Shown: piece after piece, positions 40,410-54,189 of the stretch
Layout of the letters: the number at the start of each line of letters is the position of its first letter
Numbering within the stretch: the first letter of the stretch is position 1
DNA from: Octopus vulgaris
Lineage: Eukaryota
Reading direction: 5' to 3'
Length of the DNA stretch: 64,000 nucleotides
Assembly (NCBI GenBank): GCA_951406725.2
Contig: OX597823.1
Span: 20,150,001-20,214,000, forward strand
The notes under the pieces: generated by a model
Databases searched by the model: none
Seen by the model: the letters and a program-made list of their open reading frames with translations, nothing else
Told to the model about the DNA's origin: nothing
Program-made: the position numbers and the translations under genes

Positions 40410-41808
40410 GAGAGCCACATTGTCGTGTCTCCTTTTGTACTGACGTTGTGCGAGCTTACATCACTCACTAACAATACGGCTTATACTTTCTCCCTTCTCG
40501 TAGCACATCCTACACTGTGGCGAGTCAGTGCTTTTATCAATGTGATATTTGGAGTAGTTTATTCTGAGAGCTTGTTCTTGAGTACTGCACACAAATGCCT
40601 CAGTGGGCTCTTTCAAGTCTACTTTCTGCAGCCATTGCCAGGTTCTGTTCCAATCAATCTCATCTTTATTCTTCAAGAACTGACTGTGTATTTTCTTGTC
40701 TTGCCAAATTTTCTTCATCTTCTCTCTCTGGTCTTTCTTAAATTGTGTTGGATCTACGGCTTCGTTCACTTTTAAAATCCCCTGTATTTCCACTACCTCA
40801 GTCATTTCTTCTTTACTCCGGGCTATTCTCTTCTTCCTTTACACAACCTTCACAACACACATATCCTCGTCCTTCTTTCTTCTTTACATACAATCTTGAC
40901 ATATCACTCTTGGGGTGTAGTTCCTAGTTCATTGTCATTAATTTATGTGTTCTTCGGTCTATCGCTTCTAATTCATGCTTCTTCCAAGATACTATTCCTG
41001 CCCCAAATCTCATCAAAGCAACCGCTATTTGCGTTAATCTTATGGCGTCCATTTAACTTCGATTGGCGCACAAGCTGAATTCTCCTCAAATACTCTTTCC
41101 TGTACATTTCTTTCATCCGTTGTCCATTCATCTTATCTCTATCAATGATATCCAGATGCTTATATCCTTCCTCTCCTGCTTCCCTTATAGTTTCACAACT
41201 TTCCAGGTTGATCCAATGGCTTTTACCGATTTTCTCCCCCTTTGAGCATCATTACACCACATTTCTCGATTCCATCTTCCCTGCCAATAACTTTGATAAT
41301 CATCTGTACTGTTGCCTCATGTTCGTTTTCTTCCTTTAATTCTACTGGCAAAGTTTCACTATCTGCATTCTCTTCCTCCTCCTTCCGTTCACCGCTTGTC
41401 ATACTATCCCGTCTCTTAATGCTTTCTAGTTCAACTGGAGATAACCATTCATTCTTTCTGCTGGTTCTAGCTTGTTCATACAAATTTTGTTCACTCAATT
41501 CAAATAGGCCACTGTCGCTCTAAGCCCTGTTCACTCATTTCCTATATGCCTTAGCGGGTATTTCATTATCATTCTTCAGATTATCCCGAAAGTAGCACTC
41601 TATTACAATCACATTCATTTCTTTCGTTCACCTTCTTTTAGCAGTTGTTTGATGACGACTGGGCCCACGCTGCTCACTCGTGGGGCATCTGCTGGGCGAA
41701 AGACCTTCACAAGGTGTTCCAGCCTCATTCACGCCGTTCTCATTTCTATTTTTACTTGACATGTCAGCACTCATGATGAGGGCTAGTGAATTTTAGTGAA
41801 TTATTATT
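40410..41808 (-). pseudogene. Internally deleted R4/Dong-clade LINE (N-terminus to CCHC knuckle)
   Basis: SEQNLYEQARTSRKNEWLS, WQWLQKVDLKEPTEAFVCSTQEQALR, CRMCYEKGES, YKRRHDNVA; 5' end at TAA repeats; RT core essentially missing. Confidence 0.8.
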
Positions 41809-41903
41809 AGTATTTAGGCGGCGGGACGGCAGAATCGTTAGTACGCCAGACTGTATGTTTAGCGGCATTTCGTCCACATGGCTGAAGTCATGTATAATGT
41901 TAA

Positions 41904-41949
<46 letters not shown>

Positions 41950-42031
41950 ACAAAGTACAATTACAAGGTACCACACGAGTGAAGATATATAGGGAAGAAG
42001 ATTTGAAAATGCGCGGGGTCCTTTAAAGATA

Positions 42032-42116
42032 TTTATTGACTTGACCGGTTTTAGTGTTTTAAAAAAAATGATTTTCAGATCTTTTTTAAAAAAGTGAAAC
42101 CGGTCAAGTCAATAAA
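42032..42116. repeat. 20-bp perfect inverted repeat containing hammerhead 3' halves
   Basis: TTTATTGACTTGACCGGTTT / AAACCGGTCAAGTCAATAAA. Confidence 0.85.
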
Positions 42117-42125
42117 CATGAGGTT

Positions 42126-42196
<71 letters not shown>

Positions 42197-42713
42197 TGTA
42201 TGTATGTATGCGTATATCAAACCTCACTGATTGACTAGAAGGATAAAAGGTAGATCATAACGAGATGGAAAAAAAAGTAAATCCCGCAAGAAATATCTTT
42301 CCACCATTCTACCAATTTCTACCATAGCTTCAACAGTTTTTTATTTTTTCTGCGAGAGTAATGCAGTGTTAACTAGAAGCACGTTGACAGAATATATAAT
42401 CAGTTCACATCACAACAAGATGGCATCTCACCCCCTCTCTCCCTCCCTCTCTCTCTCTCTCTACGTGGTTTCATCCACTCTCTCCTCCTCATTTCTCCCT
42501 CTCTCTGTTTCTAACTCTCTCCACCTCTCTGCTTCTTTCTCTCGTTCTCTCTGAATTTAGAACGAAGAACGTATTTATCTGTAATGTTTTATCTTGGCAG
42601 CAGAAGGGCGTAAACCACAACTTAATGACAGCCTCGAATATTTCCTTACGGTCATTAACGCTAGATTTACAATGGCGAAGCTGCTACTTGGTTTCACTAC
42701 TCGATCGAATTGC

Positions 42714-42811
<98 letters not shown>

Positions 42812-42956
42812 GACACACACACACTCTCTCTCACACACACACAAGTACATTTACACGTACACCAACTAGTATATATATACACACAAAAGCGTACGAACTA
42901 TCCGTGTCCGATATATATATATATATATATATATATTGTATCTATCTATCTATTGA

Positions 42957-43015
<59 letters not shown>

Positions 43016-43057
43016 CACACACACACATATACAAATATTCATACACAAATGTAAGAA

Positions 43058-43096
<39 letters not shown>

Positions 43097-43226
43097 GTAT
43101 ATATATATATAGGTATATATATATGTGTGTGTGTGTGTTTATATAAATCGGTGTTTGTGTGTGTGTGTTTGTATGTTGTATGTGTGTATGAGCAGTATCT
43201 CTCCATCCCTCTCTATGTATTTTCTT

Positions 43227-43268
<42 letters not shown>

Positions 43269-43416
43269 CTCTCTTTCTCTCCCCCTCCGCATTCTCTCTC
43301 TCTCTGTCATGCGCTTACTATCGTGTTCTTACAAATACAAAATTTAAAGTACTTCATCCACATTATACATAGATCTTGTGTGTATTGGGCAGATGTGTGT
43401 CTAAGTATCTATGTGT

Positions 43417-43454
<38 letters not shown>

Positions 43455-43701
43455 ATACATACATACATACAATCGTGTACACATACATATATGAACATAC
43501 ATACTTAGAAACACACGCACAGATATTTGTATATAAACATACGAGCATTTATTCACGTACCTATGTACACATCTATCTATCTATATATATATATATATAT
43601 ATGACTGTTTGTATATATGTCTTTCTGCCTGTCTATGTGTCTGTATGTCTGTTTGTAAGCATGTACGTATGCGTGTGTATGTATGCATGTATATGTGTGC
43701 G

Positions 43702-43738
<37 letters not shown>

Positions 43739-44430
43739 ATGAGCGCGTGTGTAACTGTTTATCTAGACTTGGAGCCGAATGTTTTACATACTAACCACTA
43801 ACATATTCCGCCGTTTGAAGAATGCCTTAGTGTCAGCAACTGCTAGCCAAATTCTTGTTTTATCGTTACATCTGCAGAGGAAGGGCGTTGCCTATATCTC
43901 TCTTAAAACCTCACTAAATAGATTTGGGTGGGACACACATAATGCGTAGTTCGAAAAATTAACGTTTAGTTTTCTGGCGGGAATACATGATATGGGAAGT
44001 CGAGTATTTGACCGAGTTGGAAACAAAACGGACTTGAAACAGAGTGCTCAGTGGTTCCTATTCTGGTATTGGACCCTGGGTCTAGCCTCTTCCATCTTTC
44101 TAGCCTTTTTTATTCGTTATCTTTTACTCGTTTCAGTCATTGGACTGTGGCCATGCTAGAGCACCTCATTGAAGTGTTTAGTCGAACAAGTCGAACACTC
44201 TACTTGTTTTTATGACTGGTAACTCATTCTATAGATCACTTTAGCTGAACCGCTAAGTTTCGGGGACATAGACAACCCTACACCGGTTGTAAAGAGGTTG
44301 TGAGAATAAACTTACATGCATGCATATATTCGTGCATGCATAAATGTTTGTTTGTTTGTGCATGTGTGTGTGTATGTATGTATGTATGTATGCATGTATG
44401 TATGTATGTATGTATGTATGTATGTATGTA

Positions 44431-44463
<33 letters not shown>

Positions 44464-44653
44464 GTATGTATGTGTGTGTGTGTGTGTATGTCTAACTGTC
44501 CGAAACGGTCATGAATTCTGTTACTTGACTGAGGAAAGAAGGTTACGAATGACCCGTCTTTGTTTGCCTGTCCTTCTAATTGCCGTTTGTCTCGTCTGCC
44601 TTTGTATCGTCTCTCTTTCCGAATGTTTTATTGTCCTCTATTGCGTTTTTATT

Positions 44654-44692
<39 letters not shown>

Positions 44693-44818
44693 ATATAGAG
44701 GGCATTATTATACATACATGCCACACGCTAAGAGGGTCAAAATTAGTCATTTCTACCAAAAATTTTACTAATCCCACCGAATGCAATTTTTCAAAGTAAG
44801 ACATTTAAAAATATGGAC

Positions 44819-44859
44819 TTGTATCACCTGTGATTTCATACCTCTGTATTCATCAGCAA
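44819..44859 (-). ncRNA. Compact type I hammerhead ribozyme with canonical core
   Basis: ttg-CTGATGA-atac-agag-gtat-GAAA-tcac-ag-gtga-TA-caa. Confidence 0.85.
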
Positions 44860-44917
44860 TTATCTACCCGATAATTTCTTGTTAAGTTTTCCTTATTAAG
44901 AAGTTGTCCTTAATTGC

Positions 44918-44998
<81 letters not shown>

Positions 44999-45011
44999 TT
45001 ATATATATATT

Positions 45012-45222
45012 CAAAATGTGACCTCGTGTGTACCGTTGGCGATTTTTTTGTCTCTGTCTTCCCTTCTCTGGATCTTTCCTTCTCCTATGTTTCCGACGAA
45101 GAGCTCCGCTCGAAACGTTAAACCCTCCTTCTTTCCTTCTTTCCTGAGCGTCCAATAATACTATATTTGTTCCACGTCCTCGCGTTGTTGTGTTTTTTTG
45201 TGCTTTCTTGTTTGGATTAACT
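45012..45222 (+). mobile_element. Repeat family H with a minimal hammerhead-like motif (45089-45123)
   Basis: gttt-CCGACGA-A-GAGC-tcc-GCTC-GAAACGTT-aaac; (TA)n on both sides. Confidence 0.8.
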
Positions 45223-45240
45223 TTATATATATATATATAT

Positions 45241-45307
<67 letters not shown>

Positions 45308-46233
45308 GTATATATATATATGTGTATATAAGGATAAGATCGTTAATTTAATTATCGATTTTATCAAGTGGCCAGCATGAGAATAAAAACCTTCAAAGGT
45401 AACAATTATTATCAAAATTATAATTTAGGCTATCTAAGAGATACCTTCACGCTGGAAATAGCATCCAAAAACTTGACTCTAAAACCACATTAAATGTTCA
45501 TACAGCACTAGGAGAGAAGGCAAAAGGACAAGATGAACTAGCAAAAAAAAAAAAAAAAAATTACCGGATAATTCCAGATCCCAGGTTTCTGATTTTGCAT
45601 AAGAAATGCTTTGTCTCATCAGTGGAATATACTCAGATAGTAACATATATAAAAATATAATATACGAATACTTACACATACGAACGTATACATAAATATA
45701 TATGCACGTATGCTTATATATATATATATATATATAGGACAGGCTTCTGCATAACTTCCATTCAACAGATTCACTCATATAGGTCCATTCATGGGTATCT
45801 TGCTCCAAGATGCCGTGCAGTGCGACTGAACTCGAAAACTTGTGGTTCCAAAGCAAGCTTCTTAACCACACAGCCATGTCTGCTCCCGTGCAAAAAATAG
45901 CAGCCAAATACGCTATGTTGTGTTGGAAAGGAAAGGAAGGAGACATTGGATAATTTGCTCTTAGGTGCATTATTTCTGGGATCAGAACTTAATAATCGCC
46001 CGGGAATATTTTTGATCATATATATATCTGATAGGTGCAAACTGACCAGGGGTTAAACAACTAGAACAGCACAGCATAAGTAGGCACAGATTGCCGCTCA
46101 AATCAACAGAAATATTTTTTACAATTGAAAATCTACATTGTGTCAAAAAGTTGCTAATTTTAATTGTGAAAGCGTAATGGCAGTTTGGATAGGGTATTTC
46201 GCAACCAGTTACTCATAAATCGTGATTTCGTAG

Positions 46234-46619
46234 TACTCTCTTTTACTCTTTTACTTGTTTCAGTCATTTGACTGCGGCCATGCTGGAGCACCGCCTTTTA
46301 TTCGAGCAAATCGACCCCGAGACTTATTCTTTGTAAGCCTAGTACTTATTCTGTCGGTCTCTTTTGCCGAACCGCTAAGTGACGGGGACATAAACACACC
46401 AGCATCGGGGGGACAAACACAAACACAAACACACATTCATACATGCATATATATACATATATACGACAGGCTTCTTTCAGTTTCCGTCTACCAAATCCAC
46501 TCACAAGGCATTGGTCGGCCCGGGGCTATAGCAGAAGACACTTGCCCAAGATGCCACGCAGTGGGACTGAACCCGGAACCATGTGGTTGGTAAACAAGCT
46601 ACTTACCACACAGCCACTC
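46234..46619 (-). mobile_element. SINE family B
   Basis: Reverse copy. Confidence 0.9.
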
Positions 46620-47066
46620 TAATAGTAGCTTTTTATTTATGAATATTAACAGCAATAGACTAACACCTTATCCAAGAACAGATTGATATCACATCTGTTT
46701 CACATGGCAAAACCGAAGCTAAGCATTAATTTATATAAGACTTCAAAGATTATTTAATGATTAAATCAGAGAACGAATCAGGGTATACTTAACGCTTTTC
46801 GAAGTCTCTGAAACTGTTGGCTGATAGAGAAAAGAAATTATCCACAGACTTTAGCCTTAAACGAGATTTGAACTCAATTAATTAACAATTAATTGATAAT
46901 TAAATCCCACTGGGTAAGATATTTAATCCGGAACCTTTCCGTTTCTCTTATTTCATCACCGTCTTGGCACAATACATAATAGCGAGCAAAAGAAATTACC
47001 CCATTTACCGGTGTATAAGACCGTACTCTTGCATAAGACGCACCCTCTTTCACACGTGTTTTTTGT

Positions 47067-47687
<621 letters not shown>

Positions 47688-47740
47688 ACAAAATAATAAA
47701 AAAAAACATATTTAGTATTGTTTCTTTAAAAGATATTTTA

Positions 47741-47975
47741 AGGCGGCGAGCTGACAGATGCGTTAGCACGCCGGGCGAAATGCTTAGCAGTATTTCGTCT
47801 GCCGTTACGTTCTGAGTTCAAGTTCCGCCGAGGTCGACTTTGCCTTTCATCCTTTCGGGGTCGATAAATTAAGTACCAGTTACGCACTGGGGTCGATGTA
47901 ATCGACTTAATACCTATGTATGTCCTTGTTTGTCCCCTCTATGTTTAGCCCCTTGTGGGCAATAAAGAAATAGGT
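47741..47975 (+). mobile_element. SINE family A
   Basis: Full unit. Confidence 0.9.
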
Positions 47976-49339
47976 ATTTTAAAGCAGACTCGTAAGGGAA
48001 AATGTATGATTCTGTACAAATAAATACATTGTCATGACTGGAATAAAAATGAAACCTTGAGTTTATCATCAGTAAACTACGTTATACAAGCACCGTATAT
48101 TCTTTATCGTCTATCAGTTGACCTGTAAAAAGAGGTGCTATTCAGGGAGAGGTAAATTTAACATGTTTCCATCTTTCTGGCAGAATTTTCGTTTCGATAA
48201 TTAAAAGATGTTTCTTAAAGGTAACAGAATCATTAAATAATTAAAAAGATATCAGGTGTAGGTTATGGTATGCTGGGGATGGAAACATAATAAGACGGTC
48301 TGACATCTTCACATAACTGCCGACGTGCCGTAAGCAACATTTTGTAAATTTGTGCTAATAAGATTGTGAAATTTTGGCTTCTTATAAATATTTCATTAAA
48401 TAACAATTATTGTGTCTAACAAACTTATGCTTACCCGGCTCTTTGACCTATGACACCTGGTCTCCAATGTGTAATATGGATGCATTTGACACAGGAGAAA
48501 TTTTTGATACATTTAAAATACGAAAAGAGCATTTTCTACGCCATGAGATACAGTGTCCAGGGACGTCAGCTCATGAAAACAGTTAAGTCACTACTAACAT
48601 CTGGCATGGATACAATAGGGTGGTCATTACTAAGGGCATTTTAAGAGGCAGGTGGAGGTATTAAACCAATTAAGTCTACTTCTCTCCGATAGGCTTCTGC
48701 ACAGTTTCTGTCTATCAAATGTTATCAACAAGAAATTGGTCAACCTGGGACTGAAGTCATTTTTCCAATGCAGCATGCAGTGGGGCTCAACCGGAAACGT
48801 GTAAAAAGAGGGGTTTACAATTGTTGTAAACGGAAAGTTATAGTTGATTGGATTTTTAACCTGATGAATGACTATATTTATATCGATGTGATTTCTCTAC
48901 CACTATAATCATTTCTTAAATATAGCCACGAAATACGTGTCGTTATTCTACAAATTATATACGTTTTTATTATTATTTGTTTTGCAATTTACTTAATCAT
49001 TGACATTTTATTGTTATTTTAATTTTAATATTTCTATTATATGTAATTTTCTAGAAGGTGTAATTTAATTGTTCATTTTGAATTGATAAAAGGTGTTTTT
49101 TTTCTAATTTTTTATATATATAAATATATATATGCATAATGGAAAAAATATGCGAAATGTATAAATAGATAATAAGTAAAGCGTCAACACCAGTATGTGA
49201 CTGGTACTTAATTTTATTTGTACAAAAAGGATAAAAGATTAAATGAGATTTGACTCCCCAATTAAATGATAATTAAATTATTATAAATTTCACCAGATAA
49301 GTCGTTTAGTCAGGAAGGTTTCCGTTTGTGTCACTATAC

Positions 49340-50471
49340 CACCACGTTACCACGTTACCACAATATTCAGTCCTTCAAGTGCATTATTTCTTTCCAGTGC
49401 ATTATTTCTTTGCCTGTTCAAAGAAGGCTTCAAACGTAACTACTAGTAACTCCTCTTGTTCAAATTTAGCATCGTGGTGTTATGAAATACTTGCAGAAAA
49501 AGGGTTTAGCACCCAATGACATTCATGCTGTCATGGTTGATACACTAATGAATGACGCTTCCACTTTATCAGCAATACAAAAATAGGCAACTGAATTTAG
49601 CAAAGGAAGGGCCAAGTCTCGAAAGATAACCCAAAGTCTGGACGTCCTGCAACTTCCACTAGCGAGGAAAATATTGATCGTCTTCAGCGCAAGGTGATGG
49701 GTGAGAAAATTGAGATTATTCTGCACAATAAACTGGGCATAGCGAAAGTTTCTGCTCGGTGGGTCTTCTGAAACCTAATGAAAAAGGTCGATCACATCAC
49801 GGGAAAATCTGACACTGTGGCTGATCCAGCTGGTTTTCTCAAACATTTCCTAATCCAGGATGAGTGTTTCTTTCATTACTTTAAGCCAGAGACAAAGATA
49901 CATTCCAAGTAGTGGAAACACCACCTCCTCACCTGCTTCAAAGAAGGTCCAGGTCGTTCTGTCCTCAAGGAAGATGATGACCTAAGTTTTTTTGGGGATG
50001 CAAAAGGCATTTTTTATTTAATACCTTCAAAAGGCCACTCCATCAATGGAAAGTACTATGCCAAGTTGCCGAGGTAGTAAGGAAAGGATATCAAAGCCAA
50101 ACACCAAAGAAAAATGCTCCAGTACACAAGTTTCAATGGCTGCTGTGCGTGAGTGTGACTTTGAAATGGTTCATCACCCTCCTTGTTCTCCTGATTTGGC
50201 CTCATCTGACTATCATCTGTTTCACAACATAAAAAAAAAATCACTTGGCTGGGAACCAGTATCGCAGTGATGATGACGTCAAATTTGCTTGTGTTGATGA
50301 CTTATTTGACCAACATGGTGAAAGCTTCTTCATCATCAATGGGATTGAAGCACTGCAACACCGATGGAAGAAGTGTGTGGACGACCACTTGTGTTGAAAA
50401 GTAAACCTCATTTGGTCACATTCTATATGAGTATCTTGGTCAGCCTATGAGCTTTTCAGCTGACCCTCGTA
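49340..50471 (+). pseudogene. Decayed mariner transposon
   Basis: SGRPATSTSEENIDR and HPPCSPDLASSDYHLF; right end CTTTTCAGCTGACCCTCG-TA; many frameshifts. Confidence 0.85.
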
Positions 50472-50849
50472 CAATAAGAAGCAATTCCGCTGCATGGAAA
50501 CAGTGAAGTCATTAAGTCACAATTAAAAGATAATAACTCAAAGCCAGATCTATTTGAGCAAACGTATGACTAGAATCCCCAGAGCTTTGATTATCTTATC
50601 CTTTATTCGCAGACATATTGTAACAATGACTATAATTTCAAATATGCTTTTAAGTCAGTAGGCTGGTTACAATTTGATAGAAATTTGACTGCTATTTCTA
50701 GCACATCGAGGAATTGCATAAAAGGTATTTCGTTTGCTCGTCTTTAGTAGCTGAAAAAAGGCACAGAGAGAGAAGGAACGACATCACTGCTGTAATATTG
50801 CACGAACGAACCCCAAAACCTTATTAATAATGGCAATTCCTGCAGGTGG

Positions 50850-51005
50850 TATTTCCTGCGAACTTCCCTGTTAGTCGTAAGTCTTTTTGTTCTTGCAGTT
50901 TCTTTCCTCGGACTGCTACTCTCCGGAACACACTACCCTCTTCTTGTTTTCCTCTGATTTATGACATTCAGTTCTTTAAACTTCCTGTCAGTCAGCATCT
51001 ATACA
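50850..51005 (+). pseudogene. CR1/L2/Jockey-group LINE 3' remnant
   Basis: SFFPRTATLRNTLPSSCFP resembles the SFFxRxxxxWNxLP terminal motif. Confidence 0.65.
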
Positions 51006-51044
51006 TTACAGTGGCCTCCAGCCCTGTTTGGTATAAAAAAGCAA

Positions 51045-51422
51045 AGAAAAAAGCGGTTACGAGCTTTGGTGTTGGAGAAGACTTTTACGGATTCCATGGA
51101 CAGCGAGACTCACCAATGGAGAAGTTCTTAAGCAGATCAGGCCAAAAATGTCGCTAGAAGCTAGGATCACCAAGCATAGATTGGCATATTTTGGTCATAT
51201 TATGCGGAGAAAATCCCCGGAGAAGGACATCATGCTCGGAATGGTCAGTGGCAAGAGAGGAAGAGGCCGACCAAGAACCCGCTGGCTTGACACCATCAAG
51301 AGTGATACCGGAATGGACATAGCCAATCTGAAAGAAGCGGTCCAGGATAGAACTGACTGAAGGAGACTGATCCAACGAGTAACCGAGAGTCGACTTCGAC
51401 TGAGCGGATAGATAGATAGATA
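51045..51422 (+). mobile_element. RTE/BovB-like LINE 3' end with (TAGA)n tail
   Basis: WCWRRLLRIPWTAR...YFGHIMRR...GKRGRGRPRTRWLD...ESRLRLSG*. Confidence 0.9.
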
Positions 51423-52791
51423 TTACTATAACATTGCAAGGTAATGAGATAAGGACGTTAATGGGGATATCTCTACACACTAAAAGTACTAGCCACATTT
51501 TCCTCAAACTGCACACTATTGTCTTATTACTTTTTAAAGTTATCTTAACAGATGTTCTATAGAAATTGGAGCCAGCACTGAAAGTGTCAACGCTTCGTAT
51601 ACGAATACGTCTATGTTAACAATGCGACCGAAAATAGAAAAATAGGTGATGGGTGTATATACATATTTCAGGAGTTCTTGCCCCTTCTTCAGTGCAACCT
51701 CCAACCCATTAAATATCCATGAACACATTGCTTAAATATCTACCAAATTTGGCAAACACAATTGAATAGACCAATTTTACAAATTAAAAACGTTCTTAGC
51801 AACTATTATGTATATATTAAGTGCTGGTATTGCATTATGCGACCATAATATATTACCGAGTATATTTGTTGTATGGTGAGACTGTACACCCCTCCCGGTA
51901 AAAAGTGGTAGTAGCCAGCCATTATAAATAGACCAGTAGCCGGTTGACAGGAGAAGGTAAGAAGATCGAGAGTACGTGTAGACTGTGTTGATAGTCGTGT
52001 TTGTGCTGATATAGTAATTATACTGTGATATTGAGTGGACGTTATAACGAGGATCGTACAGTGCCAGATAGAAAGATTCTATCGATCGCTTTGGAATAGA
52101 ACAATATCTGTTAGAGCGACAACCGTCGTCAAAAGACAGATACAACAGTGGGCAAAAGACCGCTTTACAACAATATTAAAGGCTCATAAGTTAATATTGT
52201 GTCGTAGCCGTGTTAGCAAGGATATTCAGTCACCTTTTAAAGCTACTCCCAAAGATTTTCTATAGAAATTAGAGCCAGCACCGAAAGTTACGATGTTTTG
52301 TATACAAATACTTCTACGTAAACAATGCGAGAGAAGAAAGAAATGCTCTTTTTTCAGCACCACATCCAACCCATTACTCATTTACGAACGCTTTACTTAA
52401 ATAGTCACTAAATTCATCGGTGCAACACAATTGGATATACACAGTTCTGGCAAGTAGGACGTGCATATGAAATGCTGATAGGCATATCGTGTTTCGTTAT
52501 ACAACCATAATATGCTACCGATCAAAATCTGTGTTGTACAACGTAGGAAACCTTCGTGGTTTTTATAGTGCTGTCAATAGTCAGGTGAATTATACCATTA
52601 CGTAATATCTGATTATAACTGGGTGGTTACTCGACCTTTGGTTGTAGACTCATTTGTTACTTGTTTCTTCCCCTGCCGACCTCTCATCTTCGATATAGCA
52701 ACGACTGACTTATGCGGACATACACTTTACTGATATTCTTGACAATATACAAAACGGTCACTCAACAGATTTACACGACAGGTCGTTATAA

Positions 52792-52848
<57 letters not shown>

Positions 52849-52854
52849 ACTACC

Positions 52855-52986
<132 letters not shown>

Positions 52987-53284
52987 ACTACTACTACAAC
53001 AACAACAGTGTTAGGTTCTCCTCAGAGGTATCATATCTTGTGGTGGCAAATTCACTCTGGCCCTTCCGGCTCATGCATCACTCCTCCTCTCGTCTTTAAA
53101 CTTACTCAGGCTTTCTTCTAACCATTGTACCCAGTCCTTCTCCCCCAGAATATCTCTCTCAGTCATGCTATTTGTGTAACAGCCATGTCATTAGTTATTC
53201 GAAGACAGTTGCTCCTATAAATTCTCAAAAATATTGGATTTATGGGGCGGGGAGGGGGAAAGTTTGAAACAAAAACAGGACAGT

Positions 53285-53662
53285 GGAGACTACTCCATAT
53301 GCAGTCTTTGACCACCTCGTGTACCTACACCTTAGAACCATCATGGCATCTAATGAGGCTTTTTAAACCAGACAATGTTTGGAAAAGACACCCACATAGA
53401 TTGCACATCTGATTTAGACCATCAAGAGCTGCAGATAAGTTCTGCTCTTTGTGGATCGTAAAATGTCTTTTGAGGCTTCCGTTAGTTTTGCAAACTTTCT
53501 GCCATACATTACGTTCAAAGGTGTGCGCAGACATATAGACAGAATAGTTGGTAGAGGTTCGTTTTCCATGGGTTCGCAAATGAGATTTGAGCCCAGCAAA
53601 AGAAAGGCATGGTCTGTCAGAAACTGTGCACACAAAACGGTCACTTAGATTCACCTTCTCAA
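53285..53662 (-). pseudogene. Probable RTE LINE 3' end with three decayed C2H2-like fingers
   Basis: CTVSDRPCLSFAGLKSHLRTH, KVCKTNGSLKRHFTIH, CNLCGCLFQTLSGLKSLIRCH. Confidence 0.6.
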
Positions 53663-53739
53663 TGTATATACATGCATACATACATACATACATATATAAT
53701 ACACACACACACACACACATATATATATATGTCTATATA

Positions 53740-54130
53740 TCTTTACTCTGTTACTTATTTCAATCATTTGACTGCGGCCATGCTGGAACACCGCTTTTAG
53801 TCGAGAAAATCGACCCCAGGACTTATTCTTTGTAAGCCTAGTACCTATTCTATCGGTCTCTTTTGCCGAACTGCTAAGTTAAGGGGACGTAAACACACCA
53901 CCATCTGTTGGTATGTTGGGGGGTGGGACAAACACAGACACACAAACATACACACACACATACATATATACATATATACAACGGGCTTCTTTCAATTTCC
54001 GTCTACCAAATCCACTCACAAGGCTTTGGTCAGCACGAGGCATTAGTAGAAGACACTTGCCACGCACTGGGAATGACCCCGGAACCATGTGGTTGATAAG
54101 CAAGTTACTTACCACACAGCCACTTCTGTA
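53740..54130 (-). mobile_element. SINE family B
   Basis: Reverse copy. Confidence 0.88.
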
Positions 54131-54163
<33 letters not shown>

Positions 54164-54189
54164 ATATATATATATATATATATATATAT

